DNA from: an uncultured Anaerolinea sp.
GTDB taxonomy: Bacteria; Chloroflexota; Anaerolineae; Anaerolineales; UBA4823
Assembly (NCBI GenBank): GCA_964503625.1
Contig: CAZDAU010000001.1
Coordinates: 2,101 to 66,100, forward strand
DNA length: 64,000 bases
Direction: 5' to 3'
Both the position numbers and the translations under genes were made by a program. Shown here piece after piece: positions 26,533 through 34,583 of this stretch (the first letter of the stretch is position 1; each line of letters opens with the position of its first letter). The notes beneath the pieces were generated by a model, which was given only the letters and a program-made list of their open reading frames with translations, did no database searches and was not told the origin of the DNA.

Positions 26533-28158
26533 ATGGAAGTGCTTCAAACGGCAGTTGACAGTACCAGCCCCGAGTTCAAAGCCAATGAAGCCGCCCATCG
26601 CAGTCTGGCAGCCGAGATGCACCGGCTGGCAGCTCAGGCGCGCCTGGGTGGGGAAAGCAAATACCTGGATTGGCAAAGAGAACAGGGCAAACTGAGCGCC
26701 CGCCAACGCATTGATCGGCTTCTTGACCCCGGGTCACCCTTCCTGGAGCTTTCTCCTCTGGCAGCTTACGGGATGTATAGAGACCAGGCTCCAGGCGCAG
26801 GGATTGTCACGGGCATTGGCCGGGTGGCGGAGCGGGAAGTGATGATCGTTGCCAATGATGCCACGGTGAAGGGCGGATCCTACTTTCCATTGACGGTGAA
26901 GAAACACCTGCGTGCGCAAGAAATTGCTGAAGAGAATCATCTGCCCTGCCTGTATCTGGTCGATTCGGGCGGCGCATTCCTGCCCATGCAAGACGAGGTG
27001 TTCCCGGACGCCCGTCACTTCGGGCGCATCTTCTACAACCAGGCGCGCATGAGCGCCAAGGGAATCGCCCAGATTGCCGTGGTGATGGGCTCTTGCACTG
27101 CCGGCGGCGCTTACGTTCCTGCCATGAGCGATGAGGCAATCATTGTCAAGGGCACCGGAACCATCTTCCTCGGCGGACCGCCGCTGGTGAAAGCGGCCAC
27201 CGGCGAGGATGTAAGCGCAGAGGAGCTGGGTGGGGCGGATGTGCATACCCGCCTATCAGGCGTGGCGGATCACCTGGCCGAGGACGACGAACACGCCCTG
27301 GAAATCTGCCGCGGCATCGTTGGAGGTCTCCCCATCCGGCGGGCAGAAACGACCTGGCTGGACCGCCTGGAGACGATGCCGCCAGAGGAGCCGCTTTACC
27401 CCCCCGAAGAGATCTACGGGGTGCTGCCGCGCACTTTCCGGGAGAGTTATGACGTGCGCGAGATTATTGCCCGGTTGGTGGACGGCAGCCAGTTCCGCGA
27501 GTTCAAATCCCGCTACGGCGCAACCCTGGTGTGTGGCTTTGCCCGCATTCACGGATATCCGGTGGGCATCCTGGGCAACAATGGCGTCCTGTTCTCGGAG
27601 AGCGCCTTGAAAGGAGCACACTTCATTGAGTTATGCCAGCAGCGCGGGTTCCCGTTGCTCTTCTTGCAAAATATCACCGGCTTTATGGTGGGCAAAGAAT
27701 ACGAGCGCGCCGGCATCGCCAAGGATGGCGCCAAGATGGTGCACGCGGTATCCAACGCCAGCGTGCCCAAGTTAACCGTGGTGATCGGAGGGTCTTTCGG
27801 AGCGGGTAATTATGGCATGGCGGGGCGCGCCTACCAGCCGCGCTTCTTGTGGATGTGGCCCAACGCGCGCATCAGCGTGATGGGCGGTGAACAGGCTGCC
27901 AACGTGCTGTTGACCATCAAGCAGGACCAGTTAGAGCGGGAAGGCCGCCCACCGCTGAGCCCCGAAGACATCGAAAAGTTCCGCCGTCCCATCCTGGATA
28001 AGTACGAAGCGGAGGGCAACCCATACTATTCCACCGCCCGTCTGTGGGATGACGGCATCCTCGACCCGGCAGAGACGCGCATGGCCCTGGGTCTGGCGCT
28101 TTCGGTGGTGTTGAACGGGCCAAGACAAGAAAGCAGCTTTGGAGTCTTCCGCATGTAA
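26533..28158 (+). CDS. acyl-CoA carboxylase carboxyltransferase (beta) subunit, methylcrotonyl-CoA carboxylase type
   Basis: 541 aa. Long stretches match what I recall of the MCC-beta pattern ([86 protein letters not shown]). Confidence 0.85.
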   Translation: MEVLQTAVDSTSPEFKANEAAHRSLAAEMHRLAAQARLGGESKYLDWQREQGKLSARQRIDRLLDPGSPFLELSPLAAYGMYRDQAPGAGIVTGIGRVAEREVMIVANDATVKGGSYFPLTVKKHLRAQEIAEENHLPCLYLVDSGGAFLPMQDEVFPDARHFGRIFYNQARMSAKGIAQIAVVMGSCTAGGAYVPAMSDEAIIVKGTGTIFLGGPPLVKAATGEDVSAEELGGADVHTRLSGVADHLAEDDEHALEICRGIVGGLPIRRAETTWLDRLETMPPEEPLYPPEEIYGVLPRTFRESYDVREIIARLVDGSQFREFKSRYGATLVCGFARIHGYPVGILGNNGVLFSESALKGAHFIELCQQRGFPLLFLQNITGFMVGKEYERAGIAKDGAKMVHAVSNASVPKLTVVIGGSFGAGNYGMAGRAYQPRFLWMWPNARISVMGGEQAANVLLTIKQDQLEREGRPPLSPEDIEKFRRPILDKYEAEGNPYYSTARLWDDGILDPAETRMALGLALSVVLNGPRQESSFGVFRM

Positions 28159-28250
28159 TCAGAACCAACTCCAGCCCGGTGCATGGTTTCTGCTATGCCA
28201 GTCAAGTCATAGCGCCTCCGCAAAGAGCTGAGCAATCCCAAACAGGTCCA

Positions 28251-28478
28251 ATGACTATGGAAGAAAAGGTTAAACAGTCTCTTAATTTATCCTCCTTGAA
28301 AGAAGCCTTTCGAGATCAATCGGAAGGCTTCAGCGGGTGGTTTGCCCGTATCATGGAGCTGCCCGGTTGTATTACGCGGGCGGAAGCCTTTAATGAACCG
28401 GCCGGCATGCTCCAGGATGCCATGCAGGCCTGAATTGAAACGGCAATCGATGACGGTGCACCAATACCAGAGCCGTAG
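28251..28478 (+). pseudogene. HicB-like/UPF0150 antitoxin-fold gene with in-frame TGA (28431-28433)
   Basis: The frame reads ...FSGWFARIMELPGCITRAEAFNEPAGMLQDAMQA-TGA-IETAIDDGAPIPEP-TAG. The stop sits where this family has Trp (..A.. W IE .. G.PIPEP). It ends 1 nt before the biotin carboxylase ATG. Confidence 0.45.
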
Positions 28479-28479
28479 C

Positions 28480-29985
28480 ATGTTTAGCAAAATCTTGATC
28501 GCCAACCGGGGTGAGATCGCTGTGCGCCTGATCCGCGCCTGCCGAGAGCTGGGTATCGCCAGCGTGGCGGTGTATTCGCAGGCCGACCAACAGGCGCTGC
28601 ACGTGCGCCTGGCGGACGAAGCCATCCCCATCGGGCCAGCGGCGGCGAGCGAATCATACCTGAACATTGATCGCCTCCTGGATGCTGCCAGATCCAGCCG
28701 CGCCCAGGCCATCCACCCCGGCTACGGATTCCTATCCGAAAATGCAGCTTTTGCCCAGGCCGTGCAGGATGCCGGGCTGACCTTCATCGGCCCGCCAGTG
28801 GAGGCTATGAAGGCAATGGGAGATAAAGGCGCGGCGCGCGCCCAAATGCAGGCAGCAGGCATCCCTGTGGCGCCAGGCTACCAGGGCGAGGATGACAATG
28901 AAAGCCTGCGCCAGGTTGCAGCCAAAATTGGCTTCCCGTTGCTGGTCAAAGCTGCGGCCGGCGGCGGCGGCAAGGGCATGCGCATTGTCCGGCACCCAAC
29001 AGAGCTGCCGGAGGCGTTGGCGGCAGCGCGGCGCGAGGCCGGGCGCGCCTTTGGCGACCAGCGCTTGATCCTGGAACGCTATATCGAGCCCGCCCACCAT
29101 GTTGAGTTCCAGGTGCTGGGCGACCAGCATGGCAATGTGCTGCATTTGTTTGAGCGCGAGTGCTCAGTCCAGCGCAGGCACCAAAAAATCATTGAAGAAA
29201 CCCCCTCGCCACTGCTCGATCCAGCTTTGCGGCGCGAGATGGGCCAGGCAGCGGTGGCAGCCGTGCGGGCAGTAGGATATACCAACGCAGGGACGGTGGA
29301 ATTCATCGTCGATCCGCAGACCCGGCAGTTCTACTTCCTGGAAATGAACACCCGCCTGCAGGTGGAGCATCCGATCACTGAGCAGGCGACCGGGATCGAC
29401 CTGGCACAATGGCAGATTCGCATTGCCGCCGGGGAACAGCTTCCCTTCGCCCAAGAAGACCTGCGCCAGCAGGGACATGCAATCGAATGCCGCTTGTACG
29501 CCGAGGATCCAGCCAACAATTTCCTGCCCGCCACCGGGAACTTGCTCCGTTTCATCGAGCCGCGCGGGCCAGGTGTGCGGGTCGATTCGGGCATCACCAG
29601 CGGCGATGAGATCAGCATCCATTACGACCCGCTGATTGCCAAGCTGATCGTTCAGGCCGAAGACCGTCCATCTGCCATCCGCAAGATGCAGGCGGTGCTG
29701 CGAGAGACGGTTCTCCTGGGTTTGACCACCAACTGGCAGTTCTTGCAGGATGTGCTGGCCCACCCCGATTTCGTTGCAGGTCGTGCGGATACCACCTGGG
29801 TTGAACGCACCTTCGGGGAATGGCAGCACCCACATTGCGAGCTGCCGCCGGAGGTGCTCGTGGCAGCGGCTCTGACCCAATTCCAATGCCCGGGTGAAGT
29901 CCCAGCAACAACCAACGCATCCAGCCGGCATGACCCGTATAGCCCGTGGCGAACCGGCAACAGCTTCCGACTGGGTGAAGGATAA
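28480..29985 (+). CDS. biotin carboxylase (alpha subunit, BC domain only) of the acyl-CoA carboxylase
   Basis: MFSKILIANRGEIAVRLIRACRELGI..., ATP-grasp GGGGKGMRIV, EMNTRLQVEHPITE. 501 aa, ending at the BC/BT boundary. Confidence 0.85.
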   Translation: MFSKILIANRGEIAVRLIRACRELGIASVAVYSQADQQALHVRLADEAIPIGPAAASESYLNIDRLLDAARSSRAQAIHPGYGFLSENAAFAQAVQDAGLTFIGPPVEAMKAMGDKGAARAQMQAAGIPVAPGYQGEDDNESLRQVAAKIGFPLLVKAAAGGGGKGMRIVRHPTELPEALAAARREAGRAFGDQRLILERYIEPAHHVEFQVLGDQHGNVLHLFERECSVQRRHQKIIEETPSPLLDPALRREMGQAAVAAVRAVGYTNAGTVEFIVDPQTRQFYFLEMNTRLQVEHPITEQATGIDLAQWQIRIAAGEQLPFAQEDLRQQGHAIECRLYAEDPANNFLPATGNLLRFIEPRGPGVRVDSGITSGDEISIHYDPLIAKLIVQAEDRPSAIRKMQAVLRETVLLGLTTNWQFLQDVLAHPDFVAGRADTTWVERTFGEWQHPHCELPPEVLVAAALTQFQCPGEVPATTNASSRHDPYSPWRTGNSFRLGEG

Positions 29986-29991
29986 GCCGGC

Positions 29992-30477
29992 ATGCGCTAT
30001 CGTTACCAGTCTCACGGTTCTATCCAGGAAGTCTTGCTGGAGCGCCAGGGTGGAAGCTACCGGGCAACGGTGGGAGGTGTAAGCTGCGCTGTAGAAGTGC
30101 TGAGTGACGAACCCGGTGAGCTGAGCCTGTTATTCAACGGCAAGCCGGTGCGACTGTATTGGGCAACCGAGGGGGATAAAAAATGGATCTCCCTGGACGG
30201 CTGCACCTACCTGCTGGAAAAGCCTGCCCCAGCCAGGTTGCGCAGCCGCAGCGACAGGGGAGAGGCAGACATTGTGCGTGCGCCCATGCCTGCGCAGGTG
30301 CAATTGGTGCCGGTTGCCGAGGGAGAGACCGTGGAAAAAGGGCAAACCTTGATTTTATTAGAAGCGATGAAAATGGAGATCCGCCTGAGCGCGCCGCGGG
30401 GCGGGAAGGTGGCCCGGCTTCTGGTAGAAACTGGGCAAACCGTGCAGCGCGACCAGGTGCTGGTTGAGATTGCCTGA
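29992..30477 (+). CDS. biotin carboxyl carrier (BT-like + biotinyl domain) protein
   Basis: 161 aa. Biotinylation motif LEAMKMEI within GETVEKGQTLILLEAMKMEIRLSAPRGGKV. Confidence 0.8.
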   Translation: MRYRYQSHGSIQEVLLERQGGSYRATVGGVSCAVEVLSDEPGELSLLFNGKPVRLYWATEGDKKWISLDGCTYLLEKPAPARLRSRSDRGEADIVRAPMPAQVQLVPVAEGETVEKGQTLILLEAMKMEIRLSAPRGGKVARLLVETGQTVQRDQVLVEIA

Positions 30478-30487
30478 AGGAGAACTC

Positions 30488-30943
30488 ATGCCCGGAAAAT
30501 TTTTTGAGGAACTGGAACCCGGCCAACGCTTGCGCCACACCCTGGGCCGCACGGTGACGGAAATGGACAATGTGCTTTTCAGCGCGCTGACGATGAACAC
30601 CCAGCCGTTGCACATTAATGAAGATTTTGCTGCCCAGACTCAATTTGGCCAACGCATCGTTAACGGCATATTCACCCTTGGATTAGTGGTGGGATTGACG
30701 GTGAGCGAGCTAACGGAGGGCACCATCATTGCCAACCTGGGTTATGAAAAGGTCACCCATCCCAACCCGGTTTTCCACGGTGATACAATCTATGCCGAGA
30801 CGGAAGTGCTGGAAAAGCGCGAATCGCGGTCACGGGCCGATTGTGGCATTGTGCGGCTCAAGCATTGGGGCAAAAAACAGGATGGCACGGTGGTGGTTGA
30901 AGTCGAGCGCAGCGTCCTGTTTATGAAGTGGCCCGAGGGATAA
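30488..30943 (+). CDS. MaoC-like (R)-specific enoyl-CoA hydratase
   Basis: About 151 aa hot-dog fold. FSALTMNTQPLHINEDFA...IVNGIFTLGLVVGL...HPNPVFHGDTIYAETEV. AAGGAG SD upstream. ATG 30488 chosen. Confidence 0.8.
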   Translation: MPGKFFEELEPGQRLRHTLGRTVTEMDNVLFSALTMNTQPLHINEDFAAQTQFGQRIVNGIFTLGLVVGLTVSELTEGTIIANLGYEKVTHPNPVFHGDTIYAETEVLEKRESRSRADCGIVRLKHWGKKQDGTVVVEVERSVLFMKWPEG

Positions 30944-31022
30944 TCCACCCCGGGCAAAGCTATTGCCGGGGATGGAGACTGGCCGCCCGACCCAGACAAA
31001 CCCCAAAAGTGACATGCCTGAG

Positions 31023-31028
31023 TATAAT
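31023..31028 (+). promoter_or_regulatory. TATAAT -10 box 7 nt upstream of the CitE-like ATG (leaderless-type)
   Basis: gagTATAATtatttccATG. No SD. Confidence 0.35.
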
Positions 31029-31035
31029 TATTTCC

Positions 31036-31908
31036 ATGCAAGCCAGAAGAGCCTTACTGTACATGCCCGGCGACGACCTAAGAAAGATCCGCAAGGCCAC
31101 GACACTGGATGTTGACTGCGTCTGCATGGATATGGAGGATGGCGTGGCGCTCAATCGCAAGGCAGAGGCGCGCACGACCATTGCCCAAGCATTGCAGACG
31201 CTGGATTTTGGCCGCTCAGAGCGGCTGGCGAGGATCAACGCCATCGGAAGCGGCCTGGAGGCTGAAGACCTGGCCGTGGTTGTGCCAGCCCATCCAGATG
31301 GTATCGTCATCCCAAAGATTGAAAGCGCTGAACAAATTCGCTGGGTGAGCCAGGTGATTGCCAGCCACGAAGCTCACAACGAATGGCCGATGGGGGGAAT
31401 CTGCCTGCTTGTGGTGGTAGAGACGGCGCGCGGCATTGTCAATCTGAGGGAAATCGCTGCATCAGACCCGCGCCTGCAGGCGATCATCTTTGGAGCGGAA
31501 GATTTTGCCGGAGATATCGGCGCAACCCGCACCGCAGAAGGGTGGGAAGTGTTCTATGCCCGCAGCGCAGTTGTGACTCATGCCGCGGCCTATGGGCTTC
31601 AGGCAATTGATATGGTCTACATCGATTTCAACGACCTTGAGGGCCTGCGGCAGGAGGCGCTGCAGGGGGCAGGCATGGCCTTTGCGGGAAAGCAGGTGAT
31701 CCACCCCAACCAGGTAGCGCCGGTGCAGCAGGCGTTCACCCCCAGCGAGGAAGCCATTGCCTATGCCCGGCGGGTCATCCAGGCTTTCGAGGAAAATCAG
31801 CAAGCAGGCAAGGGCGCGTTTGTTTTGGATGGCAAGATGATCGACGCGCCTATCCTGAAATCTGCAGAGCGGGTGATTGCTCTGGCAAAAGCGGCAGGTA
31901 AGCTGTAG
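31036..31908 (+). CDS. CitE/HpcH-family beta-hydroxyacyl-CoA lyase (citryl/malyl/citramalyl/HMG-CoA lyase type)
   Basis: 290 aa. RRALLYMPGDDLRKIRKA..DVDCVCMDMEDGV, VVVETARGIVNLREIA, IIFGAEDFAGDIG, GKQVIHPNQV. Confidence 0.8.
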   Translation: MQARRALLYMPGDDLRKIRKATTLDVDCVCMDMEDGVALNRKAEARTTIAQALQTLDFGRSERLARINAIGSGLEAEDLAVVVPAHPDGIVIPKIESAEQIRWVSQVIASHEAHNEWPMGGICLLVVVETARGIVNLREIAASDPRLQAIIFGAEDFAGDIGATRTAEGWEVFYARSAVVTHAAAYGLQAIDMVYIDFNDLEGLRQEALQGAGMAFAGKQVIHPNQVAPVQQAFTPSEEAIAYARRVIQAFEENQQAGKGAFVLDGKMIDAPILKSAERVIALAKAAGKL

Positions 31909-31926
31909 CTCAGAAAGGAGGAAGTC

Positions 31927-33291
31927 ATGCGGCCTGTGTATGCGCTATCGGGGGGTGTTTCAAAATTTGTCAAAGCCAGAAAAGACAAAACATTTCAAGC
32001 CATTGTAAAAGAAGCTTATGATTACGCCATTCAGGACATTGGTCTGGATTTTCCGACCTTCAACCAGGTTGTTGATGGATCGGTGGCATCCTATTTCTCC
32101 GACCACTTTGCCCGCCAGCTCATGGCAGGGATCATGGCGCAGGATTACCTGGGGTTGGCCCCCAAACCAGGACACCGGGTAGAGGGCGGCGGAGCAACCG
32201 GTGGGATTTGCTTCCAGGAGGCATGGAAGTCAATCGCCAGCGGGCACATGGACGTTTGCGTGGCTTACGGCTTTGAGACCATGAGCCATGTTGAAACCTG
32301 GAAAGGCAACGAGTTCATCGCCCTGGCTTCGGATGTATCCTTTGATTATCCGGTGGGAGGCTTCTACTCCGGGTACTACGCCATGATGGTCACCCGCCAC
32401 ATGAAAGAATTTGGCACAACAGTGGAGCAGATGGCCGCAGTGAGCGTCAAGAATCATCGCAACGCCTACCATAACCCATACGCTCAGAAACGCAACCGGT
32501 TCACGCTGCAGGATGTGCGAGAGGCGCCTATGGTGGCCTGGCCGCTCACCCGGCTGGACATTTGCGTGATGTCGGATGGGGCTGCGGCAGTGATTCTGGC
32601 GTCGGAGGAAGGGCTTGAGCGCCTGGAGCGGGCGGGAGCGCAAATCCGCCAGCCACTGGTGCGGGTGACCGGGATTGGGCGTGGCACCGACGCCATGCGC
32701 ATGGCCGACCGTCCGCACTCAGGCTACGATGAGTTCATGCGCCTGTACGCCACCGAACAAGAGCGCAGCTCCGAAGAAACGCGCGCCTATTATCATCGCC
32801 TGTGGGAACACGGCACGCGCTACCCCGGCGTACATTCTTTCCGCGCCGGCCGGACAGCCGGTAACATGGCCTACCGAATGGCCGGCGTGCAAGACCCATT
32901 GAAAGAGCTGGATTTTGTCGAACTCCACGACGCCTACACATCCAGTGAGATCCAAACCTACGAGGATCTGGGTCTGTGCCGCTATGGCGAGGGCGGGCCG
33001 TTTGCGGCTTCCGGCAAAGCCTTCATGCCAGGGATTGACTATGGCCTGGACCTGCCCGAAGCGCCAGAATGCCCGGTGAACCCATCGGGCGGCCTGATTG
33101 CCTGTGGACATCCGGTGGGAGCCACAGGATTGATGCAAGGCGTATTTGCTATCTGGCAGTTGCAAGGCAGCATTGCCCGGCACTTTGGCGAAGAGACTCT
33201 GCAAGTGAAAGACGCTCGCCGCGGGGCAATTCACAGCCATGCCGGTACAGGAACTTATGTCACCGTTTCCATCCTGGAGCGCGCCGGCTAG
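31927..33291 (+). CDS. thiolase-superfamily (SCP-x/lipid-transfer-protein-like) protein lacking the canonical nucleophilic Cys
   Basis: 454 aa. The thiolase-like C-terminus NPSGGLIACGHPVGATG is present. The site where thiolases have C-[AS]-[ST]-G reads VEGGGATGGICFQEAWKSIASG. AGGAGG SD upstream. Confidence 0.8.
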   Translation: MRPVYALSGGVSKFVKARKDKTFQAIVKEAYDYAIQDIGLDFPTFNQVVDGSVASYFSDHFARQLMAGIMAQDYLGLAPKPGHRVEGGGATGGICFQEAWKSIASGHMDVCVAYGFETMSHVETWKGNEFIALASDVSFDYPVGGFYSGYYAMMVTRHMKEFGTTVEQMAAVSVKNHRNAYHNPYAQKRNRFTLQDVREAPMVAWPLTRLDICVMSDGAAAVILASEEGLERLERAGAQIRQPLVRVTGIGRGTDAMRMADRPHSGYDEFMRLYATEQERSSEETRAYYHRLWEHGTRYPGVHSFRAGRTAGNMAYRMAGVQDPLKELDFVELHDAYTSSEIQTYEDLGLCRYGEGGPFAASGKAFMPGIDYGLDLPEAPECPVNPSGGLIACGHPVGATGLMQGVFAIWQLQGSIARHFGEETLQVKDARRGAIHSHAGTGTYVTVSILERAG

Positions 33292-33317
33292 TCCGGGCGG
33301 AAAACACGAGGCAACCT

Positions 33318-33863
33318 ATGAGTAAGCTACCTGAGCAACGTGATGAAACCCTGGGCGGATACATCGTCCACGGTGTGCCTTTTCCAGTGGACACCGACCC
33401 GGAAGCGCTGGCTTTCTTGAAAAAGATGTCCCCAATCGAGATCGAGCAAGAATACAAAATTACTTACTTGCACTCTTATGGCCAGGACAGTCCCTGGTTT
33501 GCCGGGTTGGCAAACCGCAGGCTGTTGGGCAGCCGGGACCCAGTAAGCGGCTACACCTATGCCACACCGCGCGGGCATGACATGATCTCCGGCGCGGAGA
33601 CCGAGTGGGTGGACATCACCCAACGAGCAGCAAAGGTGCACGCTTTTACGGTGTGCTACTTTGGCTCGGAAGAATTCCTGCCCGAGACGCCCTTTGTGCT
33701 GGCCCTGATCGAGATCGAAGGGGTCAACACGCTCTTGCTCACTCGTCTGATGGGCATTGATCCGCAAAAACCCAGCCTGGATTGGATCGGGATGGCGGTT
33801 CGGCCGCGCTTTTTGCGCAACAGCAAGCTAAAACCGACCGATATCTATTATATTCCGGCATAA
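33318..33863 (+). CDS. DUF35-type OB-fold protein (zinc-ribbon cysteines absent)
   Basis: 181 aa. WFAGLANRRLLGSRDPVSGYTYATPRGHDMISGAETEWVDI...KVHAFTV...PFVLALIEIEG follows the DUF35 pattern, but none of the four ribbon Cys is present. Confidence 0.7.
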   Translation: MSKLPEQRDETLGGYIVHGVPFPVDTDPEALAFLKKMSPIEIEQEYKITYLHSYGQDSPWFAGLANRRLLGSRDPVSGYTYATPRGHDMISGAETEWVDITQRAAKVHAFTVCYFGSEEFLPETPFVLALIEIEGVNTLLLTRLMGIDPQKPSLDWIGMAVRPRFLRNSKLKPTDIYYIPA

Positions 33864-33864
33864 G

Positions 33865-34527
33865 ATGCTGCTTTTGCCGGTGTGGGAGTGCTTCAAAGGG
33901 GAAGTGTTCAACCTGCCTGCGGTTGCCGCTGGGCCGGCACCCTATGACAACCCTTACTGGGGAGTCAATCCGGTAGTGGATCGTCCCGGAGCTGACCACA
34001 TCCGGCAGGAAAATCTGCGTTGCTATCTGCAAAGCTTCACTGCCTGGCCTGAGGTGCTGGTGATTGGAGAAGCGCCAGGCTGGCGGGGCTGCCGCTTTTC
34101 GGGAGTGCCCTTTACCAGCGAAGCCCAGCTTTTCGGCAAACTGCCTTTTCGCGGCAATCAGTCCAGCCTGGGCGAAAGGCCTCACCGCGAGGCATCTGCA
34201 ACTATCTTCTGGCAAACCATGCAGGAATTCCATCCGCGCTTCCTGGTGTGGAATTGCTTCCCGTTGCACCCCCATCGGCCTGGCCAACCGCTCTCCAACC
34301 GGACCCCAACAACGGCTGAAATTCGCCTGGCAGAAGCGACTCTGGCAAAGCTGGCCGCATTGCTCCAGCCGCGCCGGGTGATTGCCCTCGGGAAAAGCGC
34401 TGCTGAGGCAGCACGCCATTTGGGGTTGGACGCGATCATCGTGCGCCATCCAGGCCATGGCGGAGCGGCGGCGTTCAAGGCTGGGATGTGGGATGTCCTG
34501 GCAGATGCAACCCCAAGATGGAGATAA
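33865..34527 (+). CDS. uracil-DNA glycosylase superfamily protein
   Basis: 220 aa. Motif A-like VIGEAPGWRGCRFSGVPFTSE and motif B-like IIVRHPGHGG. Family not assignable by eye. Confidence 0.55.
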   Translation: MLLLPVWECFKGEVFNLPAVAAGPAPYDNPYWGVNPVVDRPGADHIRQENLRCYLQSFTAWPEVLVIGEAPGWRGCRFSGVPFTSEAQLFGKLPFRGNQSSLGERPHREASATIFWQTMQEFHPRFLVWNCFPLHPHRPGQPLSNRTPTTAEIRLAEATLAKLAALLQPRRVIALGKSAAEAARHLGLDAIIVRHPGHGGAAAFKAGMWDVLADATPRWR

Positions 34528-34583
34528 GGGATTGTCTGGCTTGACAATCGGCTATAATTCAGGAACATTTCTTGCATCAACAA

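Noticed and set aside
28431-28433. An alternative genetic code (TGA = Trp) as the explanation for the HicB-like in-frame TGA.
   Set aside because: TGA terminates many well-supported genes here (moaC, moaD-moaE, the MFS gene, the aminotransferase). The genome also encodes RF2 with a UGA-based autoregulatory frameshift, so standard code 11 applies. A nonsense mutation or leaky stop is the better reading.
29164-30015. 283-aa minus-strand ORF antisense to the biotin carboxylase gene.
   Set aside because: The same reasoning applies. The plus-strand ATP-grasp protein is unambiguous.
34541-34546. TTGACA as the -35 element for the TATAAT at 34553-34558 upstream of the 813-aa lipoprotein gene.
   Set aside because: The spacer is only 6 nt, which is incompatible with sigma70 geometry. 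The TTGACA is instead the 3' arm of the hairpin that follows the UDG-like gene.
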